NCBI GenBank assembly: GCA_038733315.1
Contig: JAVYPJ010000002.1
Coordinates: 160,001 to 224,000, forward strand
Reading direction: 5' to 3'
DNA length: 64,000 bases
Source of the DNA: Candidatus Aenigmatarchaeota archaeon
GTDB taxonomy: Archaea > Aenigmatarchaeota > Aenigmatarchaeia > CG10238-14 > SpSt-28
Shown here one piece after another: positions 18,831 to 28,968 of the stretch (its first letter is position 1; each line of letters opens with the position of its first letter). The position numbers and the translations under genes were made by a program. Below the pieces are notes generated by a model. The model was not told the origin of the DNA and made no database searches. It was given only the letters and a program-made list of their open reading frames with translations.

Positions 18831-19848
18831 TTATATGTTTACTTTTTCATAAACAGCATGTAAAGGAAAAAATTCATAATAATATTTCTCGTCAAACCAA
18901 GCACATTTAAAATCTTTAACGGCAAGCTTTGTTCTGCTTGCTAAGGCTAAAGCGTAAATTGTTAATTGATTAATTGCATTTACTTTTTCAGCGTTTGGCT
19001 TATAATCTAAAATATGAATTAAGCCATTTCTTATTTGCAAAATATCTATGTGCCCAGTAATCGGTGTTCTATAATTTTCAAAATCAAAAGTAAATCCTTT
19101 GCTTTTAAAATATTTAATATCGTTTTTTGTTAAATAAACTGGTACTTCGCATGCTATTGTTGTGCTATCATTTATTAGCATAAAGTTTTGAATTGCTTGA
19201 TGCCTTTCTTTGTTTGTTTTTGCTAGCAATAAAGCAAATTCTGCCAATTCATTAGCTAAGTTTTTCTTTTCTACTTTCGTTATTTCTAATAGATTTGCTT
19301 TTATTTGGCTTGCTCTTTTTTCGAGTTCTTCATCTGAAGCTGTAAAAATGTGGTGAGGAAATTTATCGCTTTTAACAAATTCTAAATAGTTTTTTAATAG
19401 TTGAAACTTTTTTTTCTTGCAATTCCTTTCCTCTAATAGCTAGCTTTGCCTTGTGTATTTGGAAGTTATAAATTTGCTTGTGAAATAGTTTTTGCGAGAA
19501 TATAAGCTCTTCTTTTTCATATAATTCTAGGGCTTGCTTCCTAATTTTGTTAAATGTACATATTTTTGAATATTTCTTTACCCAATAGCTTATTGTTCTT
19601 TCTGGAATTTTTATGTGAAATTTCTTTGCTATTAGTTTCGATACCTCTTTCTGCGAATAACCTAAGTTATAGAAAGTTATTGTATGCAATATTATTTTTT
19701 CTGGATATTTTGTTTTCTTTATTTTTGTTAGGGTAAAAGTTTTGTTACAGTTTTTGCAGAAATAAAGTTGAAGTTGCTTAAGTTTTTCTTTTCTCACACC
19801 TTTTTTAATTATATTTGTTGAGCTACAGTTTGGACAACTTATTTCCAT
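18831..19848 (-). pseudogene. Zn-ribbon/HTH + PD-(D/E)XK nuclease gene split by a frameshift in an A8 run
   Basis: ORFs 19372-19848 (CPNC...CKNC, HTH) and 18831-19247 (E.P...GHIDIL...ILDYKP...QL.IYALAL) join into a 338-aa ORF if one A is removed from the run at 19408-19415. Confidence 0.8.
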
Positions 19849-20038
19849 AAATAAATATTTAATTTTAGGTTTTAAAGTTCGCCGGCAAAATTTGATGCTT
19901 AAGCAACGAAAATTGCTGGTAGTTTGAGTTACGTAAATTGCTTTCGGAATTAGAAAAATTGAGGAATTTTGCTGGATTTTTCGGAGTTTTTGAGGTTTGG
20001 GTTAAACATACATAACACAAGCCGATAACCATTTTCAT

Positions 20039-23000
20039 CTATTTAATCTTTAGAGTACCTCCACCGCCGGTTATTAACAAATTTCCTTCTCCACCAGAAA
20101 TTCTTATCCAGGTTTCTTCTGGGCCTAAGGTTGCTGCTGGTATTTCCTCATTTCCTAAAGAAATTATTGGTTTTGGAGAAGTGTATTTACGAACTCTTAT
20201 CCAATCCCAATAGGCTTCATAAGCTTGTCCTGTATTAGCATCGTCATATCTTCTTCCTAAAACAATTGGTTCTGCAGAAACTGAGTTTTGTATATTAGTG
20301 ATATTATGGTAAATAGCACCAGTATTGTAATTTGTCACAAGCAAATCTACTGTATTTGATGACTTCACGGTAATTCTTGTTAATAAGTAAGTTGCTGAAG
20401 GTGGTGTTGATCCAAGCTGAACCCAACTACTATCATTTCTATAATAGTCCGTAGAAGGATGGTTCAAATAACCAAAAGCGTTAGATGTTGAAATGAAAAA
20501 GCCACCTACTTGATAACCGTTAGCTGGTAGGGATATGTAACGTGATTTAATTTCTAAGATAATACCATTACTAAAAGTAGCTACAGATGTTAAGCGTCCC
20601 ATAGTATTTGTTCCTTTTAATTCTCCATTAACAACACTCCAACCGGTCGCATTTGTTATAATCCATTTACTTGTATTCAAACTTGTTCCATCAAAATCAT
20701 CAAAAAATTCAAAAACTAAATCTCCATTACTCATAGAAGTAGCACTCGGATTTCCATAATACAAATAAATTATTTTATTTGAATTAGCAGGAATATTTGG
20801 AACTTTAATCCAAATTCTTGTATTATTTGTATTGCATCCACTTTCAATCCAATAATTTAATAAAGTTGTTCCATCGCTATCAGTAAATCTAATATCTCCA
20901 CAATCTGAACGCATTTTTCCACCAGATGATATTTGAGTTATTATTCTTTCGTTGCCAAGATTTGTCGTTGGTTCTGGTGAAGTGTATTTGCGAATTCTAA
21001 TATTATCAAATTTAGCGCCCATAGAATGTTGCCAACCTCCTATGTATATTGTCGTTATAGGATATGGATAGATTGCTTCAGAAATAGAATAAGTATTTAC
21101 ATCGTTCATTCTAACAGTATAATGAGTTCCATTAAATATAATAGTTATACGATGCCAAGTGCCATATGGGAAATCCAAGCTGCTAGAATAAAAATTATTA
21201 TTTACTCTAAGCTCTAGAGCTCTTGTAGAAGAATAATCACATAAAACACCGCCACCACCAATCATTATAGCGTTTGATGAGTTTAGTAAGAGAACTTCAT
21301 TATTATAACACCATGTTCCCGCCCACCAAGAGTTAAAATCTATTGCTATTTTTTGTGGTGATATCGGTTGAGGTAAATTTGAATAAAGATTTAAGCTGCA
21401 AAAACCTGATGTTAATTCTAAATATCTGTTAGAAGCACTATAACTTCCACAACAGTAGCTTGTACATATTTTTTGACCAGTATCTATATTCCATACAGGA
21501 TTATTAGTGTAATCACCATCTTCAAAATCATCAAAAAATATAAAAGTGCTAGTTCCATTACTCATCGAATTAGCACTATAATTTCCATAATACATATAAA
21601 TAGTAGTTCCTCCACTTGCAGGAATATTTGGTACTTTTACCCAAACGACTAATCTTTGGTTTGGAATAATTTCTTCAATCCAATATGGTAATAATCCATT
21701 AGTATCAGAATACGGATTATCTGTACTTCTACTAAAAAATCTTATATCTCTCCCATCATCTGATATTTTTCTTAATATAGAAGTGTCTGTTATATTAATT
21801 TTTATTTGATAATCAGTTAGTTCTGTACCAACAGAAGAAATATAAATCGGTAATTCGTAGATTCCTTCTCCCTCAATAAGTTTTTTAGTATTTATTGTTA
21901 CTAAAACTTGATAATCCTCTAAATTATTTGAATTTAAAGTATTATTTATTATTACAGGAATTCTATAGTACCAACCAGATATACTTGTATTTGAAATTGA
22001 AGTTACAGAAGGATTTCCATAATAAGCGTAAAAGCTTGTAACTCCAGAAGGAACTTCTACGTAAAATGTTGTTCCGGTTTCTTCATTTCCTATGGAAACT
22101 GTTGGTTCTATCGAAGAATATTTGCGAACAAAAATCCAGCCCCACCTTGCATCTAAACTATCACCAATACCTCTTGCGGCTCCAAACAATCCTATTCTTG
22201 CTGAGGGGGAGTTGAATGTAGATGTAGTTGCCGCAGTTACATCATTAAAATAAATTCTAAAGTTATTACTTGTATCTTTAATATATTTAACTCTATAAAT
22301 ACCAGGAGATAATGTTGTGGCAGTGAGTATACTAATTGTTCTTGTTCCACTTTCTTCCTTAACAACTCTTATTCCGTTACCACCCTGGTTACCACTCGCA
22401 TCCCATGTCCAATCAAAATCTACTCTATTATCCTTATCGTAAATTGTTGACAAACCTACTCTAATCCCTCTATATGTTGCGGTGCCTTGACCATAAGAAT
22501 AAAGATTTAATAATGCTTCTATAATCAATCCTTTAGTCAAATTAAAAGTAGTTACACTCCTAATACCCTTACCAAGCCATCCAGAAGTTACACCATCTTC
22601 TGACACAGTATTTACTGCTGCAGTTCCATAAACTCTGTAATAACCAGGTACTGAATTTTCATCAGCATTCAAATCGGTTCCTGTTATAGCAAATAAACCT
22701 GAATTTTCTGAAACATATCTGTTAAACGTGTTTGTTCCTACATCCCACTTTGTTGTGTTTACTATACCATCATCAAAATCATCAAAAAATTCAAAAACTA
22801 AATCTCCATTACTCATAGAATTAGCATTTGAATTTCCATAATACAAATAAATTGTTTTATTTGAATTAGCCGGAATATTTGGTACTTTTACCCAAATTTT
22901 TGTGTTTTGAATATATTCTCCGTTTCTTCTAATTTCTTGGCCATCTATAAATAATCTAAAGAAACAAAGTTCAGCACCACTTGCTTCTGAGCACCAAATT

Positions 23001-24172
23001 CTTATTTCATTTTGACCTTGAATTATATATTGGGTTATATCCCATGATCTTTGCGCAGTTCCACCAACATGACATATATTAGTCGATGGAGCAGAGCCTA
23101 AATAATTACCATTTATCCATACAGCATGACCATCATCACTTTTAACTTCTAAAACCGCATTTCCAAGAGTTCCGGTAAAATTAAAGTAAATCCTTACATA
23201 ATAATCACAATTATCACATGACCATACATCATATGTCCACCAATCATTAGTTCCATAAGAATTAGGTGTGTTAGGAAAATTGCTCATATCACTTATACAT
23301 GTTGTTCCAATTCCATAAAATGCACTCACATTAATTCTAAATCCATAATTCTCTATCCAATAATTCAATAAAGTTATTCCATCGCTATCGGTAAATCTAA
23401 TATCTCCACAATCACTTTTCATTTTATTTTGAGAAATTAAATTTTGAGTATTTATTGTTACTAAAACTTGATAGTCGGTTAAGGTGTTTGAGTTTTGAGT
23501 GTTGTCTATTATTATTGGTCTTCTGTAACTAAAATCTTGAAGCCACTGACAAGCTGTAACTTGATTATAAGAAAAATTTCTTGTCCAAAAAGCTGAATCA
23601 AAAGCTTTGCTATCGGTAAATCTTATATCTCCACAATCTGAACGCATTTTTCCTTGAGAAATCAAAGAGGTAGTATCCAAGCTAATTCCAATAATTCTTG
23701 GACCAAGTGGAAAAAATTGAAGATTACTTATGTTTATTCTACAACAAAAAACTGGATCATCATGAAACTGCAAAACAAAAAAACTTTCTTTACCTTTAAC
23801 ATTTCTTGCAATAATAGTTGCATTATAAGTTTTTCCCACTTCAACACTATGAACGAACCAGCTTGCTTGATAAATTCCTTCGTTTTCATTTCCAGAAATT
23901 AATTTTAAATCAACTATTTCAATTCCAGCCATATCAGCTTTTACACTTTCAATTCCATATTTATCTTTTACTGTTGCTGTAATTATCATCCAATCGCTCG
24001 GCTCAACTTTTATTGGCTCGATTTTTGCTTCTAAAATTTCTGGAGAGCTCGGAAAAATAATTTCGAATAAAAATTGAAATGGTAAAAGTATGTTATCTAA
24101 TAGAGAAGCTTTTGCTATAGAGATGAAAATTACCAAAAACATTAAAATAACTATTATTATTTTTTTCTTCAT
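20039..24172 (-). CDS. Large secreted multi-DUF2341 surface protein (putative adhesin)
   Basis: Signal peptide; repeated DYQV, GKMRSDCGDIRFTDS, YWIE, WVKVPNIPA, YYGN, FFDDF, RKY..EP...GNEE motifs. Confidence 0.85.
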   Translation of the reverse strand: MKKKIIIVILMFLVIFISIAKASLLDNILLPFQFLFEIIFPSSPEILEAKIEPIKVEPSDWMIITATVKDKYGIESVKADMAGIEIVDLKLISGNENEGIYQASWFVHSVEVGKTYNATIIARNVKGKESFFVLQFHDDPVFCCRINISNLQFFPLGPRIIGISLDTTSLISQGKMRSDCGDIRFTDSKAFDSAFWTRNFSYNQVTACQWLQDFSYRRPIIIDNTQNSNTLTDYQVLVTINTQNLISQNKMKSDCGDIRFTDSDGITLLNYWIENYGFRINVSAFYGIGTTCISDMSNFPNTPNSYGTNDWWTYDVWSCDNCDYYVRIYFNFTGTLGNAVLEVKSDDGHAVWINGNYLGSAPSTNICHVGGTAQRSWDITQYIIQGQNEIRIWCSEASGAELCFFRLFIDGQEIRRNGEYIQNTKIWVKVPNIPANSNKTIYLYYGNSNANSMSNGDLVFEFFDDFDDGIVNTTKWDVGTNTFNRYVSENSGLFAITGTDLNADENSVPGYYRVYGTAAVNTVSEDGVTSGWLGKGIRSVTTFNLTKGLIIEALLNLYSYGQGTATYRGIRVGLSTIYDKDNRVDFDWTWDASGNQGGNGIRVVKEESGTRTISILTATTLSPGIYRVKYIKDTSNNFRIYFNDVTAATTSTFNSPSARIGLFGAARGIGDSLDARWGWIFVRKYSSIEPTVSIGNEETGTTFYVEVPSGVTSFYAYYGNPSVTSISNTSISGWYYRIPVIINNTLNSNNLEDYQVLVTINTKKLIEGEGIYELPIYISSVGTELTDYQIKINITDTSILRKISDDGRDIRFFSRSTDNPYSDTNGLLPYWIEEIIPNQRLVVWVKVPNIPASGGTTIYMYYGNYSANSMSNGTSTFIFFDDFEDGDYTNNPVWNIDTGQKICTSYCCGSYSASNRYLELTSGFCSLNLYSNLPQPISPQKIAIDFNSWWAGTWCYNNEVLLLNSSNAIMIGGGGVLCDYSSTRALELRVNNNFYSSSLDFPYGTWHRITIIFNGTHYTVRMNDVNTYSISEAIYPYPITTIYIGGWQHSMGAKFDNIRIRKYTSPEPTTNLGNERIITQISSGGKMRSDCGDIRFTDSDGTTLLNYWIESGCNTNNTRIWIKVPNIPANSNKIIYLYYGNPSATSMSNGDLVFEFFDDFDGTSLNTSKWIITNATGWSVVNGELKGTNTMGRLTSVATFSNGIILEIKSRYISLPANGYQVGGFFISTSNAFGYLNHPSTDYYRNDSSWVQLGSTPPSATYLLTRITVKSSNTVDLLVTNYNTGAIYHNITNIQNSVSAEPIVLGRRYDDANTGQAYEAYWDWIRVRKYTSPKPIISLGNEEIPAATLGPEETWIRISGGEGNLLITGGGGTLKIK
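20689..22902. repeat. Internal ~130-bp DNA repeats in the DUF2341 gene (20689-20820 and 22771-22902)
   Basis: Shared CATCAAAATCATCAAAAAATTCAAAAACTAAATCTCCATTACTCATAGA...; further repeats near 20881, 23391 and 23616 encode DCGDIRFTD. Confidence 0.85.
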
Positions 24173-24206
24173 AATTTTTAATTTTTTACATTATTTATAT
24201 TTATAC

Positions 24207-25970
24207 TTAACTTCCCAATATTATCCATGCTGTTCCATTACAGCCATAAAATTTTTTATCTGTTGTATTAAAGAAAATTGCACCCTCTTTTGAAGAATCG
24301 CAAACAAATGGTTGAAGTGAATGTTTCGGAACATAAAATACTACAGTAGCATTTATACTTCCTTTTACATCTAAAATTCCATCGCTTGGTTCTAATTCAA
24401 ATGGATTACTACTTACAACTAAAACTCTTCCTTGAACTTCTAATTGCTCAGTAGGTGTATTAGTATTTATTCCTACTCTTCCAGAAGAATCGATTGTTAA
24501 TCTATCGTAACCACCAGTAACAAATCTCAAAGTATCTTCTCCAGCTCTATAAATTCCCGTATTTGTATCACTACTAAAACTATAAGCTGGTAGAGATGCA
24601 CTTCCATCTGCTGCTAAAAATAATCTATCAGAAGTTATTACATTTATTCCTCCTATTTGCAAATTACCTGAAACCAAATTTAAACTATTTCCTGATGCTA
24701 AATCTAATCTATTAGCTGCTCCTCTAAAAAGTCGAACATCTGGAGTAAAAAATAAAGAACCGCTAATATAAGCATTTGAAGTTAAACTTAAATTACTTGC
24801 ATTAACCCAATTAACATTTATTATATTTCTATAAGGATCTATAACGTTTATTCCTCCTATTTGCAAATATCCTCCAGCTATGTTAAGATTTGTTGTTCCT
24901 GATATAGTTGTAGTAGCCCCTAATGTTATTCTTGTAGTTCCAGAGGAATCTATTATATTATTACCTCCAATTTTTAGGTTACCAGCAATATCAAATAAAG
25001 AAGAAGAAAGAGTTGCTATAGTAGAACCAGAACCAGCAAAACCAATTGTACCACTAGAATGACGATAAATTCCCGTATTACTATCACTACTAAAACTATA
25101 AGCTGGTAGAGATGCACTTCCATCTGCTGCTTGAATATTACCTACTATAATTCTGCTTGCTCTTACACTATCGCTGGCATTAATATTGCTTGCATTAACC
25201 CAATTCGAAGCAATCAGATTATTTATAGAAAGCAGTGGAGCATATATTGTTCCGGTAGCATTTATACTTCCTTTTACATCTAAAGTTCCATCGCTTGGTT
25301 CTAATTCAAATGAATTACTACTTACAACTAAAACTCTTCCTTGAACTTCTAATTTTTCTGTCGGTACATTTGTACCGATACCAAGATTCCAGCTTAAATC
25401 TTTTGGATAAAGAAAAGAACCAGTTAAATTCCAAAAACCTGCTGAAGGTTCTGTTATTGTGGTAATACAATCTGTCCAAGCCCCATTTTGATAACATCTA
25501 AATTTATTTAGGGAACTATCATAATATATTACACCATTTGTTCCTATTGGTTCAGAACTTGGTTGTAATCTTAAAGCTCCGGCAACATCCAACTTTGCTT
25601 GCGGATTGTTTGTCCCAATCCCAACATTGCCTGTAGTTGCATTAACAAACAAAATATTACTAATATTAACATTAAGCGGATAGCCTTCTCTAATAAAAAT
25701 CCAAGTACTACTATTATCCCAAGGACCTATAGTAGCGTCTGCTCTTTGCCAAGAAGATATACAATCGTTGCCTATGCAAAAGCTAGTTGCAAATACCTTT
25801 CCAGCTGAAATAACTCCAACATTAGTTATATTATACCCAAACATGTTGAGACTAGTATCTATAGGACAAATCTCAGATAAAGGATGAGATTGTAAAGGGC
25901 AATAAGAAAGTACAACGTAAAATAATGCTAATAAAGAAAATGCTAAAAACAAAAGAAGTTTTGTTCCCAT
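24207..25970 (-). CDS. Secreted fibre-like beta-repeat protein (phage tail-fibre-like repeats)
   Basis: Signal peptide; GNVGIGT..P..KLDV.G repeats, ADGSASLPAYSFSSD.NTGIYR twice, C...EGAIFFN...FYGCNGTAW cap. Confidence 0.7.
   Translation of the reverse strand: MGTKLLLFLAFSLLALFYVVLSYCPLQSHPLSEICPIDTSLNMFGYNITNVGVISAGKVFATSFCIGNDCISSWQRADATIGPWDNSSTWIFIREGYPLNVNISNILFVNATTGNVGIGTNNPQAKLDVAGALRLQPSSEPIGTNGVIYYDSSLNKFRCYQNGAWTDCITTITEPSAGFWNLTGSFLYPKDLSWNLGIGTNVPTEKLEVQGRVLVVSSNSFELEPSDGTLDVKGSINATGTIYAPLLSINNLIASNWVNASNINASDSVRASRIIVGNIQAADGSASLPAYSFSSDSNTGIYRHSSGTIGFAGSGSTIATLSSSLFDIAGNLKIGGNNIIDSSGTTRITLGATTTISGTTNLNIAGGYLQIGGINVIDPYRNIINVNWVNASNLSLTSNAYISGSLFFTPDVRLFRGAANRLDLASGNSLNLVSGNLQIGGINVITSDRLFLAADGSASLPAYSFSSDTNTGIYRAGEDTLRFVTGGYDRLTIDSSGRVGINTNTPTEQLEVQGRVLVVSSNPFELEPSDGILDVKGSINATVVFYVPKHSLQPFVCDSSKEGAIFFNTTDKKFYGCNGTAWIILGS
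24346..25354. repeat. Internal direct repeats: 100 bp (24346-24445 / 25255-25354) and 67 bp (24549-24615 / 25065-25131)
   Basis: Read directly; the 100-bp pair differs at 2 positions. Confidence 0.9.
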
Positions 25971-25995
25971 AAAAATTATAAATAAATTATTATTC

Positions 25996-26604
25996 TTAAA
26001 GCTTGCATCCAGTTATATTAGAAAACCAGTTAATATCTTTCAATCCAAAATATATTTTATCATTATACATTACCGCTGGAAACTGATCTATTCCATAACT
26101 AATACAACTACTAAGCATTTCCCCATCGCAATTAACAAAAATTAAATAGGAATATCTACCAAGAATATTTAACTGATAAGAAGTTAAAGTAGCAGCTTGC
26201 GAATAATTTTGAAAATCTAACAAACCATAAATTCTTAACCCCTTATCTCTCAAACACTCAACAAACTTTTTATACTTTTCTAAATTAACTACAGAACTTT
26301 TCAAGTATACAACGTTTTCTACTAATATATTTAAATCCCTTGAAACCCAAGCTTCATAGTAATTTATATTATTATTTAAAATAACTTTAACTAAAACTTT
26401 ATACATTTCACCATCTTTTTTAACGCTTTCAACGCTAACAACAGAATTTGGCATTAATAATTCATAAAACTTTTTAACTTCTATTTCAACATTTTTAACC
26501 TCGAAAATACTTTTAATAAACTCATAAAGAAAAATACCAATTATCCCACCAAAAATTAATAAAAATATTGTTTTTAAATATTTTTTAAACTTCTCTACTG
26601 GCAT
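25996..26604 (-). CDS. Membrane-anchored protein with C-terminal thioredoxin-like segment
   Basis: N-terminal TM; C-terminal VNCD...C..YGIDQFPA...ITGC. Confidence 0.55.
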   Translation of the reverse strand: MPVEKFKKYLKTIFLLIFGGIIGIFLYEFIKSIFEVKNVEIEVKKFYELLMPNSVVSVESVKKDGEMYKVLVKVILNNNINYYEAWVSRDLNILVENVVYLKSSVVNLEKYKKFVECLRDKGLRIYGLLDFQNYSQAATLTSYQLNILGRYSYLIFVNCDGEMLSSCISYGIDQFPAVMYNDKIYFGLKDINWFSNITGCKL

Positions 26605-27059
26605 GTTAAATTTAAATCTTTAATCTTTATATTTATATTAGTACATTGAGTTAAAAACTCTAAGCTTAAAATATTAGAAATTCCAGAAATGTTAACGTAA
26701 TAATTTTTAACAGTATTAGGCCTTAAAGGATTATTAACATCAGCAATGTTTCCATTTTCATCATAAACATCTAAGGTATGCATTTTTATACCATCAAAAA
26801 CAACAACCTTCAAATTATATAAATCTATATAACCATTATTTCTTAAAGAAAAATTTAAAGTTTCTGAAGTGCAATTCAGAGTTTCTGTTAAAACGATAAA
26901 AGAACCAAATTGACAAGAAACTTGCTTTTCTCCAACATTCTTAACTTCTTCTCCAGTTCTTTGAAAAAACTGAATGTACCAACTATAAACAAAAAATCCA
27001 ATAGCAAGGGTTACCAAAACTATTATAAACGTTGCTACATAAGTCGATATTATCTTCAT
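26595..27059 (-). CDS. Type IV pilin/archaellin-like protein
   Basis: MKIISTYVATFIIVLVTLAIG...SW class III-like N-terminus; LRNNG.IDL. Confidence 0.7.
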   Translation of the reverse strand: MKIISTYVATFIIVLVTLAIGFFVYSWYIQFFQRTGEEVKNVGEKQVSCQFGSFIVLTETLNCTSETLNFSLRNNGYIDLYNLKVVVFDGIKMHTLDVYDENGNIADVNNPLRPNTVKNYYVNISGISNILSLEFLTQCTNINIKIKDLNLTCQ

Positions 27060-27934
27060 AATACATAAATTTTTATTTTATTAAAATCTATTTTTTCTAT
27101 TACTAAAACATATTCTCCTTTAGAAATCACAAAATCGCCAATAATTTCTATATCTAAATAACTCAAAATTATTTTACCTATTTCTGATATAGAAGAATAA
27201 CAACAAAGATTATTTGGATAATAATCGCATATAGCTGCATGGGAATTCAAACCTTTATAAAAAGATGCTACACAAATTTCGTTATTGCTACATTTACTTT
27301 TCAAAGAACATGAAACTATTGGATATGAGCAAATTCTAAAAGAATATTTATTAAAACCTGCATGAGAGTTTTCATCTTTTAAAATTCTAAGAATTTCAGA
27401 TTCTTTTTCATAACAAGTTTCAGCCCTTATAATTTCTAAACCTTTACAACAAACTTTATAAGAATAATTTAAAGAATTACAATCCGCTATATGAGAATTG
27501 TTTAATTTATACATAGAAAAAACACATTCCTCACTTTCTAAACAATTGTTTTCTCTAATTTCACATTTTATACTAACATTTTTAAATATTAATGCTAAAT
27601 TTCCAAAAGATTTTACAATATCTTTAAGAAAATCAAAAGTCGAAATAGTTTCTAATTCGTAAAATATCTTACCATCTTTAACTAATAATCTTCCTTCTGG
27701 AATGTAAATTTTTACATTTGTTTTTGAGCCTATATCTAAGTTATTTATATATAAAATTGTGGCATCTAAAACTCTTAATTGTTCTATTACTTGTAAAAAA
27801 GTGCTACTTATTTTAGATTTTTCAGTAAATTCCTTAAAGGTAAAGGATAAAAAAGATATTAAAAATAGCGATAAAATTATATAAATAGAAAGAGATATTG
27901 TATTAGATATTAACCTCATAAAAAAATTTAGCAA
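27056..27934 (-). CDS. Pilin-like protein with Cys-rich NSH repeats (probable start 27919)
   Basis: MRLIS + hydrophobic helix; three NSH(I/A)-C repeats (NSHIADC, NSHAG, NSHAAIC). Confidence 0.6.
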   Translation of the reverse strand: MLNFFMRLISNTISLSIYIILSLFLISFLSFTFKEFTEKSKISSTFLQVIEQLRVLDATILYINNLDIGSKTNVKIYIPEGRLLVKDGKIFYELETISTFDFLKDIVKSFGNLALIFKNVSIKCEIRENNCLESEECVFSMYKLNNSHIADCNSLNYSYKVCCKGLEIIRAETCYEKESEILRILKDENSHAGFNKYSFRICSYPIVSCSLKSKCSNNEICVASFYKGLNSHAAICDYYPNNLCCYSSISEIGKIILSYLDIEIIGDFVISKGEYVLVIEKIDFNKIKIYVL

Positions 27935-28392
27935 ACATAAACTTTTATTCTTAGCTCAGCGTCTTTAAGAATACATATTCTATAAGTTCCGCTAGATAAA
28001 TAAATATCGCCAACAATATTTGCATATTCAAAATTTAAAGTTATAGAAAAAGTATTACCAATTTTTTCAATAAGCAAATTTCCATCCTTCTTAGTAAAAT
28101 CATCTAATGGAATATTTTCCGATTCAAGAGTAAAAACAATTGAATTATTATTAACATATAAAATGCCTTTATGAATTCTAATTTCTAAAACTCTCTGAGA
28201 TCCTATTGCTTCGCTTAAAACTTCTTTACTCATAGCTTCAATTTTTTTCATATTAGAAATAGCTTCTTGAATTGAAATGGAGTTTAAATTCTTATCTATT
28301 ATAGGATTTAAAAAAAGTAGAGCTACAGAAATGGCTACAATAGAAATAAAGAGAACTAAAATTTTTGAAATGAACTCAGATATTAACTTCAT
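27928..28392 (-). CDS. Pilin-like protein
   Basis: MKLISEFISKILVLFISIVAIS; GSQRVLEI..G; paralogous to the neighbouring gene's N- and C-termini. Confidence 0.6.
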   Translation of the reverse strand: MKLISEFISKILVLFISIVAISVALLFLNPIIDKNLNSISIQEAISNMKKIEAMSKEVLSEAIGSQRVLEIRIHKGILYVNNNSIVFTLESENIPLDDFTKKDGNLLIEKIGNTFSITLNFEYANIVGDIYLSSGTYRICILKDAELRIKVYVC

Positions 28393-28407
28393 AATATAAA
28401 ATCATCT

Positions 28408-28968
28408 TTAGCTTTTCAATATCAAAGATTTAACTATTTTTATATCATCTTTATAGCCCATAGAAATTAAAAAATTGCAATTTGATTCGCAATATACTTT
28501 AAAAAAAGAAGAATTAAAAATAGCTATGTTTATTAGTTGAGAGTTTTCAAAACTAATATTTATATTTTTTAAACTTTTTGGCTCTAAATTAAAAGCTAAG
28601 GAATCTATATCTGAAGATATATTTAAAAAATATTCTCTTTCTGCAAAAAGATAAATTTCACAATTAACTCTTTTCTGAGAAAAATCTAAGCTAATATTTA
28701 AAAATAAAACCTCTATAATAAAATTTCTTTTTTTAGAAACGTTAATAAAAAATTCTGAAAAATTAAAAAACTCTGAATTTTTTTTGTTCTCTAAAAGAAA
28801 TTTTGCCTCTGTTAAATAATTATCGATAGCCCTTAAAACTATTGAATTGCTTAGATAGTTAGTTTTTTTACTCAAATATCCGAAATAGAAAAGATTAACG
28901 CTAAAAATTAATAAAAATATTGCTGTTGCAACTATAAAAAATTGTAGCTTAAGCTTTTTTCCAAACAT
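28408..28968 (-). CDS. Pilin-like membrane-anchored protein
   Basis: KKLKLQFFIVATAIFLL (KGQ-like position); operonic. Confidence 0.5.
   Translation of the reverse strand: MFGKKLKLQFFIVATAIFLLIFSVNLFYFGYLSKKTNYLSNSIVLRAIDNYLTEAKFLLENKKNSEFFNFSEFFINVSKKRNFIIEVLFLNISLDFSQKRVNCEIYLFAEREYFLNISSDIDSLAFNLEPKSLKNINISFENSQLINIAIFNSSFFKVYCESNCNFLISMGYKDDIKIVKSLILKS

Noticed and set aside
19372..19848. IS1-family transposon
   Set aside because: No DDE domain, terminal inverted repeats or target duplication seen; the downstream frame is a PD-(D/E)XK nuclease
17211..20038. Integron attC-like sites (GCTAAC after gene 2, ACATAAC near 20010)
   Set aside because: No matching GTTRRRY partner or attC hairpin found, and no IntI-type integrase
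20039..25970. Prophage or diversity-generating retroelement explaining fibre motifs and near-identical repeats
   Set aside because: Proteins have signal peptides; no capsid, terminase or reverse transcriptase in the window; repeats are in-frame internal duplications
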